64,000 bases of DNA from positions 64,001 to 128,000 of the forward strand of contig JAZDKB010000036.1 of assembly GCA_043803405.1 (NCBI GenBank), read 5' to 3'. The position numbers and the translations under genes were made by a program. The stretch comes from Spirochaetota bacterium. GTDB taxonomy: Bacteria; Spirochaetota; UBA4802; JAFGDQ01. Shown here piece by piece: positions 40,341-50,230 of this stretch (position 1 is the stretch's first letter; each line of letters begins with the position of its first letter). The notes under the pieces were generated by a model. The model had not been told where the DNA came from. It ran no database searches and saw nothing but the letters and a program-made list of their open reading frames with translations.

Positions 40341-41705
40341 TTATGATTTTAAAATAGATTCTATTTTCTGCCTGTCGTATTTCCCCGTTGATAAAATCGG
40401 CATTTTATCAACTATCTTGATCCTTCTTGGAAGCGCAAACGGTTCAAGAATTTCTTTTGCGGACTGTTTCAAACCTGGAAGATCAATGGTGCCTTCTACT
40501 ATTGCAGCGATCTCGTTCTCCCTCCCGCCGGACGCGGGCAATGCAATTGCAATAACGTCCGCAACTCCCGGAATCCGCTTCAGCTTGTTTTCGATCTCCC
40601 TCAGGTCAACGCGTTTGCCCGCAACCTTGACTATGCCGTCCGAACGCCCAAGATGCGCGAATGTGCTGTTATCAGCGCTCTCAATCCTGTCCTCTGTTGC
40701 AAAAAAGCCGTCTTTATCCTTTGGCAGATCGGGAGATGTGAACTCAGAACGGACACAAAGCCTGCTGTCCTGAATCTTCCACTCAATATTATCAAACGGA
40801 GCCCATTGCATCTCCTCGCCGGAGTTATGTCTTATTGCAATACCGCCTGTCTCCGTTGATCCGAATATTTCAGCCACCTTAATTCCGGTCTCATTAAAAA
40901 AATATTTTGCGTCGTTAATGTCCAGCGTTCCGGCCGATGAAATCGCTAATCTGAGCGAAGGAAAACTAAATGTGTTTCCTTTTAAAATCCTGTAATGGAT
41001 CGGAACGCTAACCAGCACTGTTGCCGAATATTTTTTTATTGATGATATAATTTCCTGAGGAAATGAAAATATGCCGGCAGTTGTCTTTGCAGAAGAAATA
41101 AACGGAACAATAACGGAATGAAGCAAACCGTAAATATGCTGGGGCGGGACTGTTGATATAAAAATGTCTTTTTCCGTAACATTAAAAGCGCTGGAATGAT
41201 ATAAAGCTTCGGAAAAAATATTTCGCGGTGTTTTCTGCCATATTTTCGGCTTGCCTGTAGAACCCCCTGTAAAAAGCTTTAGAAATACGGAATCCGGATC
41301 AAGCCGCTTTGAAAAATAATTTTCTCCGCTCTTTGCTTCCTCGATTTCGTCCGGTGTTAAAACTTTAAACCCGGACTGTTTTATTTCCGGCATATCACTC
41401 AGCACAAAGTCGAAGTTTTCCGAATCTTTCATTTCTGCTAAAATTGTTTTATTAAAAGAATGCGGAAGAAGCACGAGCGGACCTCCGCCGAGAGATGAAA
41501 GGAGCGCAGCAGCAATAAGAGCCTTGTTTTCAGTGCACAGGCAAAGTGTGCCGGTATTGAACTTTTGAGCAATATTAACTATTCCGCATGCCAGCCCGTA
41601 TATGCTTTTATACGAATTCCCTGATACAATAAATTCATCATCCGGATTATCCGGCCCGGAAAGCAGCTTTTTATAAAAAATTTCGAAATTTGTTTTTACT
41701 GTCAA
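40341..41705 (-). CDS. AMP-dependent acyl/aryl ligase (ApeH/XanA2-like)
   Basis: LFTGGSTGKPK, STVPPQHIYGL, FGSTETGG, TEDR, GRSD.IVKVAGKRV, TGKYD; TTG start. Confidence 0.85.
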   Translation of the reverse strand: MTVKTNFEIFYKKLLSGPDNPDDEFIVSGNSYKSIYGLACGIVNIAQKFNTGTLCLCTENKALIAAALLSSLGGGPLVLLPHSFNKTILAEMKDSENFDFVLSDMPEIKQSGFKVLTPDEIEEAKSGENYFSKRLDPDSVFLKLFTGGSTGKPKIWQKTPRNIFSEALYHSSAFNVTEKDIFISTVPPQHIYGLLHSVIVPFISSAKTTAGIFSFPQEIISSIKKYSATVLVSVPIHYRILKGNTFSFPSLRLAISSAGTLDINDAKYFFNETGIKVAEIFGSTETGGIAIRHNSGEEMQWAPFDNIEWKIQDSRLCVRSEFTSPDLPKDKDGFFATEDRIESADNSTFAHLGRSDGIVKVAGKRVDLREIENKLKRIPGVADVIAIALPASGGRENEIAAIVEGTIDLPGLKQSAKEILEPFALPRRIKIVDKMPILSTGKYDRQKIESILKS

Positions 41706-41737
41706 AATAATCTATTTCCAAAAAAGTTTTAGACTAA

Positions 41738-42574
41738 TCATATCTGGGCAATAAGCTTAGTCAGCACCTTGCCTGGACCTACCTCTTCAAACACAGGCTC
41801 CGGCTGCTGTTTTAAAAATCTGATAGTTTCAACCCATCTAACAGGATTGCATATCTGCGGAGCAAGAGTTTCTTTAATTGCATTATCCTCATATTTCTTT
41901 GCAGTATAGTTCGCTATAACAGGGATCTTGGGCGCTTTTAGAGTAAACTGGCCAAGGAATTTTTCAAACTCTTCTTTAGCCGGCTTCATATAGCGTGAAT
42001 GAAAAGCGCCGCTAACAGGCAAGGAAATAAAAAGCTTTGCCCCTGCTTTTTCAAAAACGCCTGTTAGTTTTTGAATATCCGCTTTAAGCCCTGATATAAC
42101 CGTCTGGCTTGGCGAATTATAGTTAGCAATATCTATCGTATTAATTCCCATATTAGTCAGCACTTCCTGGATCTTTTCCGGCTCAAGTCCGATCACTGCC
42201 GCCATGCCGCCGCCCTCGGCTTTTGCCATAATAGCGCCGCGCTTCTGCACCAGCTTTAATCCTGTAGCAAAATCGAACACTTCCGCTGCGAAAAGCGCAT
42301 TGTATTCTCCAAGGCTGTGCCCTGCTACAAAATCCGGTTTGCCCGACTGCTGCACTTTTTTAAGGTACGAAAGAGCGTTTATAACATATATAGCCGGCTG
42401 GGTATAATCTGTACTATTCAGCTTTTTGTTCGGATCTTCCAGGCACAATTGTTTGATCGAGTATCCCAGAATCGCGTCTGCCTGTTTTATTAAAAATGAA
42501 AACTTATCGAACAGCTCATTTCCCATGCCGAGAGCCTGCGATCCCTGCCCGGGAAAAACATATACCTTTGTCAT
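41738..42574 (-). CDS. fabD: ACP S-malonyltransferase (stand-alone FabD/trans-AT type)
   Basis: FPGQGSQ..GMG, TQPA, GHSLGEY, VSGAFHS, EVGPGKVL. Confidence 0.93.
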   Translation of the reverse strand: MTKVYVFPGQGSQALGMGNELFDKFSFLIKQADAILGYSIKQLCLEDPNKKLNSTDYTQPAIYVINALSYLKKVQQSGKPDFVAGHSLGEYNALFAAEVFDFATGLKLVQKRGAIMAKAEGGGMAAVIGLEPEKIQEVLTNMGINTIDIANYNSPSQTVISGLKADIQKLTGVFEKAGAKLFISLPVSGAFHSRYMKPAKEEFEKFLGQFTLKAPKIPVIANYTAKKYEDNAIKETLAPQICNPVRWVETIRFLKQQPEPVFEEVGPGKVLTKLIAQI

Positions 42575-42772
42575 TATTAAAACTCCTGTTATTCCAAATG
42601 ATTATTTTGATTTAATTTTCAATATCATCGTCCTTTAGGATATTAAAAATTTACTAAAATAAATCCTTAAGCTAAAGATTCCGGTAAAACATTGAAAGCA
42701 TTTATAAAATAAAGACAATAAAATTCATAAAAGATAATTAATCAAATAAAAAATTATATTGAAATTGTTTGT

Positions 42773-45028
42773 TTAATTATTGATAGAATTCAGGATTTGT
42801 TCTATTTCGCTTATTTTGCTTTTAGATAATAATAAGGCAGCAAATTTTTCCGCATCCTTAATGGAAATTTTTGACAATACTCTTTTAACCTTGGGCAAAT
42901 ACATGGAATCAACGCTTAAATTAAGAATACCGATACCCAAAAGAAAAGGAATATAATTTATGTTGCTTGCCATATCCCCGCATATACTGACTTCAATATT
43001 GTATTTTTTGCCGGCATCTGCAATTGTTTTTAGAGAATTTAAAATAGCAGGATGATGCGGAATGTAAAGATCCGCAACTTTTTCGTTTGTCCGGTCAACA
43101 GCCAGAGTATATTGAATAAGATCGTTTGTGCCTATGCTTAAAAAGTCCGCCTCTTTGGCTATGTCATCAATTATACTTACCAGCGATGGAATTTCAACCA
43201 TCATGCCGATTTCGGGATTGCTTATGTGAGTAATGCTTTGCTTATTTAGTTCACGAATGCAGTCATATACAATATCGCGCGATATTAAAAATTCATCGAG
43301 AGAAGAAATCATAGGGAACATTATTTTAATATTGCTTTTATATCCTGCACGGAGTATTGCCCTTATCTGCTGTTTAAATATTTCCCTGTGAGTCAACGAG
43401 AACCGTATTGAGCGCATTCCCAGAAAAGGATTCTCCTCATGCGCAACTTCGTAGTATGAAAGAACCTTATCGCCGCCAATATCGAGAGTCCTGAATGTAA
43501 CCGGTTTATTATCCATATCCTGCACTAATTTTTTATAAATAACAAATTGCTCCTCTTCGGTTGGGAAATCATTTCTTATAATAAACGGAAATTCAGTTCT
43601 GTACAAGCCGATCCCGTCATTATACACCCCTTGAATATTTTTTAAATCGCTTAATAAATTAATATTTACCATTAAATTAATTTTAATGCCTTCTGTCGTA
43701 ACAGATGGAGCGTTTAAGTTTTCTTCTTTTGAAATTTCTACACGTGCTTTTTTTTGTTCATTATACTTTATTACGATTTCTTTGGAAGGATTTATATAAA
43801 CATTGCCTAATTCTGCATCAATAATGGCCATGGTTTTATCCGGAAGTTCAAGTAATTCAGGACTGTCTGCAATTACAACCGGGATTTTAAGCGACCGGGC
43901 CAGAATGGAAACATGGGACGATACTCCCCCGCTAACCAGTATTATGCCTTTTATGTCTTCCGCAGACATGATTAATAATTCGGACGGAAATATTTCGCGA
44001 ACAACAGCAATGCGGTCTTTATAACGTGTTTTTATCGTATCTCTATACAGAAGATTATTTATAATCCGTTTTGTCAGGTCCTCGATATCCAGTATTTTTT
44101 CCCTTATGAGCTGGTTCTGACTTTCGGAAAAAATATCCTTGTATTCCTTGTATTTCTTTATTATTGCAAAAGGAGGATTCTCGCCATTCTCAATCAGCTT
44201 TCTCATACTTCCGGTAAAAACTTCATCTTTCAGAATAAGTAAATGTGCAGAAAAAATTAATGAAGCAGCATCGGACAGTTTTTCTTCAACTTTTTTTTGC
44301 AGCATTTCAAGCTGTTGTTCGGTTGCTTTTATAGCCTTATCAAAATCCTTAATGGAATATTTTTTTGTAAAATTAATATCCTGCATTAATTCGTGAACAT
44401 TTTCCACATCGACAGTCGTTACTTCGCTGTAAGCAAATCCCTCGGACGCGGATTTGCCTTTAATAAATTTCAGTTTTTCCAGATTAACAGCTTTTTTTAC
44501 CTGATCCGGTTTCTGAGGAGACGTAATAATAAATTTAATATTTTCAATCATTGAGGCCAGCTGGGATGCAGTAACCCGAAGAGCCAGAATATCCTGTTCT
44601 TCAAATGTTTTACCTTCGGTTTTTTGAACAACTAAAACGCCTATTTTGATATTACCCCTTAAAATAGGCACTGCAAGAAACGATAAATATAATTCTTCAT
44701 TTATGCCGGGATAAAATTTATAATTTGGATTTTCGGGGCCACTTTTTTCATATATGGGTTTTGCATCCAGAAGAGAAAGCCCTACCAGACCTTCTCCGAG
44801 TTTTAACTTAACATTATTAACGGACTCGGGCTTTAATCCTATTGTGGCCTTTAACACAATTTCTTTAGAAGCTTCATCGTATAAAAATATTGAGCACACA
44901 TCCGTATTCATATGCCGCGCTACCATTTCTACAATCTTCTGCAAAAATGTTTCAATATTAACACTTTTTGCAAACAGGCTGTTCAATTCGCCAATATCGT
45001 AAAGCATTTTAACGTGGTTTGTTTGCAT
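42773..45028 (-). CDS. ptsP: GAF-domain phosphoenolpyruvate-protein phosphotransferase (EI-Ntr)
   Basis: N-terminal GAF, GGVSSHVSILARS phospho-His, GLYRTEF, RTLDIGGDK, ENPFLGMR, SIGTNDLIQY, CGDMA. Confidence 0.92.
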   Translation of the reverse strand: MQTNHVKMLYDIGELNSLFAKSVNIETFLQKIVEMVARHMNTDVCSIFLYDEASKEIVLKATIGLKPESVNNVKLKLGEGLVGLSLLDAKPIYEKSGPENPNYKFYPGINEELYLSFLAVPILRGNIKIGVLVVQKTEGKTFEEQDILALRVTASQLASMIENIKFIITSPQKPDQVKKAVNLEKLKFIKGKSASEGFAYSEVTTVDVENVHELMQDINFTKKYSIKDFDKAIKATEQQLEMLQKKVEEKLSDAASLIFSAHLLILKDEVFTGSMRKLIENGENPPFAIIKKYKEYKDIFSESQNQLIREKILDIEDLTKRIINNLLYRDTIKTRYKDRIAVVREIFPSELLIMSAEDIKGIILVSGGVSSHVSILARSLKIPVVIADSPELLELPDKTMAIIDAELGNVYINPSKEIVIKYNEQKKARVEISKEENLNAPSVTTEGIKINLMVNINLLSDLKNIQGVYNDGIGLYRTEFPFIIRNDFPTEEEQFVIYKKLVQDMDNKPVTFRTLDIGGDKVLSYYEVAHEENPFLGMRSIRFSLTHREIFKQQIRAILRAGYKSNIKIMFPMISSLDEFLISRDIVYDCIRELNKQSITHISNPEIGMMVEIPSLVSIIDDIAKEADFLSIGTNDLIQYTLAVDRTNEKVADLYIPHHPAILNSLKTIADAGKKYNIEVSICGDMASNINYIPFLLGIGILNLSVDSMYLPKVKRVLSKISIKDAEKFAALLLSKSKISEIEQILNSINN

Positions 45029-45244
45029 AAAATTTACTCATACCTAAAAAAGAATTATTCCCTGTGTAAGCCTTTTAATATATTCAGGGACCCACTTTGT
45101 GTTTTTTTACAGAAAATATAATGAGATATATAAAATAATAATTCAACTCATTTTAATATTTAAGAAAATAATTCTTTAAAATATAGTTGACTTTTACCAT
45201 CCGGTTTGATAATCAACAAGGATTTTAAATTTTTGGAGGTTTAT

Positions 45245-45466
45245 ATGCCATCAAAATCCAAATGCGTTCATTGCGGCGAAGAAGTTTATGAATGGGCACG
45301 CGAATGTCCTAAATGCGGGCGTCCTACGGCAAATCCTGACGCGCCGACGGTTTCCGATATTAACTGGAAAACCGGCGGGCAGCATCGTAAAAAAAATATG
45401 ATGCCTTTATTTATTGCCGTTATAATAATTATTATTGCAATAGCGCTCTACTTTATAAAAGCTTAA
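45245..45466 (+). CDS. Small zinc-ribbon protein with C-terminal TM helix
   Basis: CVHCG-x8-CPKCG, hydrophobic tail; GGAGG RBS before ATG 45245. Confidence 0.75.
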   Translation: MPSKSKCVHCGEEVYEWARECPKCGRPTANPDAPTVSDINWKTGGQHRKKNMMPLFIAVIIIIIAIALYFIKA

Positions 45467-45615
45467 AAGATAAGGAACAGCTTCCGATTTTCCAAATAAG
45501 CAATTTTTATTTATACTTTGCTTATTATTGCTATTAAAACTGATTTTAATATTAATTGGCAGGATAGCTGATAATAAAACGGATTATTTAGCTCCAGTCT
45601 TTATTATGGTTACCT

Positions 45616-47196
45616 CTAAAAATTAAATAAATCCGTTTTTTTCAGGAACGTCTTCACGGCATTAACGTCTTCATCAAGAGGTCTGTCTTCTTTTACAAAC
45701 CGGGAAATTTTTCTAATTTCACCGTAAACCTTTCTTGCGAATGTTCCAAATTCACCTGTTCCGATCAAATCCATTGCCTGACACACCGCAAGCAGATGTA
45801 TGGAATACTGGTAGTACAACAGCTCTAAAACCTCGCGAAGTTTTCTGCTGGAAATAGTTCCGAGAGATACCTTATCCTGATTGTGAGATTCAGTCGGTCT
45901 TGAATGAATGCTCACAGGAGAAGCCATATAATTTATTTCGCTGCATAGCGCAGATATCGAAATCTGAGCCGCCTTGAATCCGTGAAATAATCCTTTGTCC
46001 TCCGAATCTTCCGGTATTTTCGGAATCAGGTTTTCGGTAAGATTATTATACTTACCGTCGATAATCAGTTCTGCCTGCTTCTCTGAAAGATCGGCTATAT
46101 TTGCAATCGAAGTCCTTAAATAATCGCAGGCTGCGCATATATGACCGCCGTAAAAATTGCCGCTGTTGTAAATTATACCCTCATCCGGATCAATAAGCGG
46201 ATTGTCATTTGCGGAATTAAGTTCATTTTCTATCCAGCACTTTGTAAAAGCAAGAGTATCGCGCATAACTCCGTTTATTTGAGGCGAGCAACGGAGTGAA
46301 TACCTGTCCTGTATTTTTACATCGGTCTTTCTGAAATTATCCCCTTTTAAAGTGCCCAGATCATTCAGGAGATATTCATACTTAATTACTCTCCCGGAAT
46401 CTTTTATCACTTGTTTTATGTATCCTGCGCTTTCTATTTGCCCGTTGTGATTTTTAATTTCGCTTACTTTTCTCCTGTAAGGAATGTCATTTCCACCGAG
46501 TATTTCAACTGTAACACCCGATATAAAATCCGAAATGTGTGATAATTTTTCCGCATGGCTCCAGCATAGTGCTGCGACTGCAGTCATAACGGAAGTCCCG
46601 TTCATTAAAGCAAGCCCTTCCTTAGCCTGCAGCTTTAAAGGAGTTAATTTTTCTTTTTTGAATGCCGTTCCGGTTCCGGTTATTTTATTTTTGTAGTAAA
46701 CCCTGCGCTTTCCCATAAGCACAGCTGCCAGATAACTCAGCGGAGTAAGGTCGCCCGACGCACCGACCGAACCGAGCTCGGGAATTACCGGCGAGATATC
46801 CCGGTTTAGAAGCTCCTTCATTAAATCGGCGACTTCAATACGGATGGCAGAGTATCCCTTTATATTGGAGTTGAGGCGGGCGAGGATTACGGCACGCGAT
46901 TCGGCTTCGGAAAATACTTCGCCTACTCCTATTCCGTGAAAGTTCACAAGGGATTCCTGAAGCCTTTCCGTTTTTGCTGCATTTATCTGATTGTGGCATG
47001 AATCTCCGAAGCCGGTTGTTACGCCATAAACAGGGTAACCTTTATCAATAAATTTCTCTAGAATATTTCTGCTCTTCAACAAACGATTTATAAATTTCTT
47101 ATCTTTACTGAGCTCGATTTTATAATTATTAAAACTAATATTAAATAATTCTTCAATTGTCAGCGAATTACCGTCCAGTATTACAATCTTGCTCAT
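45616..47196 (-). CDS. Aromatic amino acid ammonia-lyase (HAL/PAL/TAL family, MIO enzyme)
   Basis: VYGVTTGFG, GSVGASGDL (MIO), KEGLALMNGT, QDRYSLRC, DNPL, GNFYG, HNQDKVSLG. Confidence 0.93.
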   Translation of the reverse strand: MSKIVILDGNSLTIEELFNISFNNYKIELSKDKKFINRLLKSRNILEKFIDKGYPVYGVTTGFGDSCHNQINAAKTERLQESLVNFHGIGVGEVFSEAESRAVILARLNSNIKGYSAIRIEVADLMKELLNRDISPVIPELGSVGASGDLTPLSYLAAVLMGKRRVYYKNKITGTGTAFKKEKLTPLKLQAKEGLALMNGTSVMTAVAALCWSHAEKLSHISDFISGVTVEILGGNDIPYRRKVSEIKNHNGQIESAGYIKQVIKDSGRVIKYEYLLNDLGTLKGDNFRKTDVKIQDRYSLRCSPQINGVMRDTLAFTKCWIENELNSANDNPLIDPDEGIIYNSGNFYGGHICAACDYLRTSIANIADLSEKQAELIIDGKYNNLTENLIPKIPEDSEDKGLFHGFKAAQISISALCSEINYMASPVSIHSRPTESHNQDKVSLGTISSRKLREVLELLYYQYSIHLLAVCQAMDLIGTGEFGTFARKVYGEIRKISRFVKEDRPLDEDVNAVKTFLKKTDLFNF

Positions 47197-47520
47197 TGTG
47201 ATCCCTTCTCAGAAAAATTTTTAAAATTATTCTTTTTTTAAAACATCAAAAGTCAATGAAATTTTAATGCTTTTACAGCGTTATTTATTTTAAAGAACAA
47301 TTAGAAGCATTATACTGATCATTCGGATATTATTTAATCAGAAAAAAGCTTTACAAATTATTTTCTTAATTATTAATATTCAAACATAGACTGAATCAGC
47401 AGGTAAGTTTAAACTTAAAGATTAGGCGGGAATAATTATTAGAGGAGAGTATCCGGTATTTAGCCAGTCAGTTTTACTGGCAAAGGAATTTGATCTTTTT
47501 ATTAAAAAAAATAAAAAAAT

Positions 47521-47550
47521 GGCTGTCTCAACTGTTGCATTGAGACAGCC
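47521..47550 (-). terminator. Intrinsic terminator of the beta-oxidation operon
   Basis: GGCTGTCTCAA...TTGAGACAGCC stem, followed on the minus strand by a T-run. Confidence 0.8.
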
Positions 47551-47567
47551 CAAAGAATAGCCCATGC

Positions 47568-48062
47568 TTAGTTCATGGGTTCAAAGGCAAAAAAGACTCT
47601 TTCCACCATTATTGTTCCTGCTTTACCTTTTTCAATCGGGAAAGCCGGAACCGGGAAAACAACAAATTTTAATTCATCGCCTACTTTAAGCTTACCTGTT
47701 GGGCAGTTTATAACTTTCGATATCAGACGTCTCATTGGTTCAACGCCTAAGTCAAGAACTGCATGAATAAGAGGTGATTCAAATCCTAAAGGAACACCTT
47801 TAACTTCTTCGGAAAATACACATACTTTTCCTTTTTTCGGCAGATCAATGTATTCCAAGTTTTCCGAATAGCATTCCGGGCAAATTACCTGAGGCGGGTA
47901 AGTAACTTTACCGCAATCTTTGCATTTTGTGGTTGTGAATCTGCCCTGTTTCAAATTTTCATAGAATGGCCATACTCTGTTAAATTCTTTTGCTTCTATT
48001 GGCCATAAATCCATAGTTACCGGATATAAATTTTCAAGTACTGGAATTCCTACTACAGACAT
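47568..48062 (-). CDS. DUF35 (Zn-ribbon + OB-fold) thiolase partner
   Basis: CKDCG....PP...CPEC, GKV, adjacent to the thiolase. Confidence 0.88.
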   Translation of the reverse strand: MSVVGIPVLENLYPVTMDLWPIEAKEFNRVWPFYENLKQGRFTTTKCKDCGKVTYPPQVICPECYSENLEYIDLPKKGKVCVFSEEVKGVPLGFESPLIHAVLDLGVEPMRRLISKVINCPTGKLKVGDELKFVVFPVPAFPIEKGKAGTIMVERVFFAFEPMN

Positions 48063-48077
48063 AATATTCTCCTTTTA

Positions 48078-49262
48078 TTATTTTACCGGATCAAGTCCGT
48101 AAATGACTACAGTATGTTCGGCGTTCTGCCCGCTCAGGTTATGTGTAAGGCCTATATCGGCATTCTTAACCTGGTTACGAGCTCTTCCCTGCAACTGTTT
48201 CATTATTTCAATACCCTGTCTGATGCCAGTGGCGCCAAAAGGATGACCGACCGCGAGGAGCCCGCCGTCCGTATTGATTGGAACTTTGCCGCCCAGTTCT
48301 ATCTGTTTTGAGCCGCAGAATTCTCCGCCCTCGCCTTTTTTACAGAAACCGAGTTCTTCTACTTCAATAACTTCGGAGATTGTAAAGCAGTCATGTGTCT
48401 GAGCGACTTTAATATCTTTAGGAGTAACCTTTGCTCTTTTATATGCTTTTTCACCTGCAACTCTTGTATGTTTCCAGTCTGCAAGATGCGCACCCGGGAA
48501 ATTGGATGATACGTTGTTTAAAGATACCTGGGCACACCCTCTTAAGTATACCAAAGGTTTTTTAGTATATCTTTTTGCAATCTCATCTGTTGTAATAATA
48601 CAAGCAGCTGCACCGTCTGTAATGGGGCAGCAGTCAAATAATGTTAACGGGGGTACTATTGGAGGTGCTGCCATTGCTTCTTCAAGAGTCAGAGCTTTCT
48701 GCATCTGAGCTACCTGATTACCTACTGCATAGTTATAATTCGCGACCGAAACAGCAGCCAGTTGTTCTTTCTTGGTTCCATAGTTTGCAAAGTGATCTTT
48801 TGCAGTCATTGCAAAGAAAGATGGAGGGAGCCCCATACCGTGAACAGCTTCCCAGTCGTGGTCTACAGATGCAAGTTCGCTGTAGAAAATCTCCCATTTC
48901 TGAGGAGTATAAAGTTTTTCTCCGCCCGAAGCCATAACTATATCAGCATTGCCCGATTCGACTAATGCTTTTGCAAGGATAATTGCTGTGCTTCCACCGG
49001 CGCATAATGTATCGCACCTTGTGCAGATTGAAGTCGGTTTTAAACCGAGTCTTTCGGCTATAACCGGAGCCGTGTTTACCTGGAAAGAACATCTTCCCGC
49101 GTATGATGTAGCGACAACTAAACCATCGATATCTTTGGGTTTAAGTCCCGGGATATCATCAAGACAGGCTTTAGCCGCTTCCTGGAACATGTCAACGAAA
49201 TGGGCTTCACGTATACCCCATTTGCATTGGCCGCCTCCCAAAATTACTGCATTTCTCGACAT
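48078..49262 (-). CDS. SCP-x/SCP2-type thiolase
   Basis: TLCAGG, CPITDGAA, THDCFTISE, INTDGGL, GHPFGATG. Confidence 0.9.
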   Translation of the reverse strand: MSRNAVILGGGQCKWGIREAHFVDMFQEAAKACLDDIPGLKPKDIDGLVVATSYAGRCSFQVNTAPVIAERLGLKPTSICTRCDTLCAGGSTAIILAKALVESGNADIVMASGGEKLYTPQKWEIFYSELASVDHDWEAVHGMGLPPSFFAMTAKDHFANYGTKKEQLAAVSVANYNYAVGNQVAQMQKALTLEEAMAAPPIVPPLTLFDCCPITDGAAACIITTDEIAKRYTKKPLVYLRGCAQVSLNNVSSNFPGAHLADWKHTRVAGEKAYKRAKVTPKDIKVAQTHDCFTISEVIEVEELGFCKKGEGGEFCGSKQIELGGKVPINTDGGLLAVGHPFGATGIRQGIEIMKQLQGRARNQVKNADIGLTHNLSGQNAEHTVVIYGLDPVK

Positions 49263-49379
49263 ATATTAGCCTCCTGTATTTTTTGTTAAATCAGCTTTCC
49301 GCCTGGAATCATTACGCAATTAAGCCGTAAAATAAAAAACAAAGCGGAAAACTAATTATAGAATTTAATTGTTACAAGT

Positions 49380-50162
49380 TTATTTTCCTTTATAAACTGG
49401 TTTTCTCTTTTCATTAAATGCGTTAATACCTTCTCTCCCGTCCTCGGACGCAAATGCTATTGAGAAAGCATTCATTTCCATTGTAAGGCCGGACGCGAGG
49501 TCAGTATTGAGTCCGTTATCCACACATTTTTTTATGAGGCCAAGTGCAACTTTGGGTTTCTTGGAAAGTTTTTTAGCCATTGCCTTTGCTTCTTCCATTA
49601 GCTTATCTTTAGGAACTACTTTGTTGGCGAGTCCTATACGGTAAGCTTCCTGTGCATTGATATTATCACCGGAAAAAAGGAGTTCTTTTGCTCTTGAAGA
49701 TCCAACCAGTCTGGTCAGCCTTTGAGTGGCGCCGGAACCCGGCATTATGCCGAGATTAATTTCCGGCAGGCCAAAAATTGCATCTTCGGAGGCAATTCTG
49801 AAATCACAACACAGAGCTACTTCGCAGCCGCCGCCGAGAGCAAGGCCAAATACAGCAGCTATAGTCGGTTTTTCGATACCTGTGAGTTTATCAAACGCCT
49901 TACGCGGACCAGCCCAGCAAAAATTCAGAGCTTCAACGATCGATTTTCCCAGAACTTCCTTAATATCAAGTCCTGCCGCGAATGCTTTATCGCCGTTGCC
50001 GGTAATGATTATAGCTCCAATCTCGGCATCGTTGTCCAGTTCGGTTACAGCGTCATGAAGTTCTAAATATAACTTCGTGCTTAAAGGATTCATCGGCGGC
50101 CTGTTAAGCTTGATAATACCGACCTTTTCCTCTCTTTCGACTATTACTGTTTCGTAACTCAT
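49380..50162 (-). CDS. crt: Enoyl-CoA hydratase (crotonase)
   Basis: AFAAGLD, ALGGGCE, PEINLGIMPG (both catalytic Glu present). Confidence 0.9.
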   Translation of the reverse strand: MSYETVIVEREEKVGIIKLNRPPMNPLSTKLYLELHDAVTELDNDAEIGAIIITGNGDKAFAAGLDIKEVLGKSIVEALNFCWAGPRKAFDKLTGIEKPTIAAVFGLALGGGCEVALCCDFRIASEDAIFGLPEINLGIMPGSGATQRLTRLVGSSRAKELLFSGDNINAQEAYRIGLANKVVPKDKLMEEAKAMAKKLSKKPKVALGLIKKCVDNGLNTDLASGLTMEMNAFSIAFASEDGREGINAFNEKRKPVYKGK

Positions 50163-50230
50163 AAATTCTCCTTATGCTGTTGCTCAGTCATTTTTTGCAT
50201 AAAGAAAAATGACCGAGCAATTGCAGTTTT

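Noticed and set aside
47340..47500. Possible sRNA with GGA motifs and a GCCAGT/ACTGGC hairpin
   Set aside because: Too few motifs and no family consensus match by eye.
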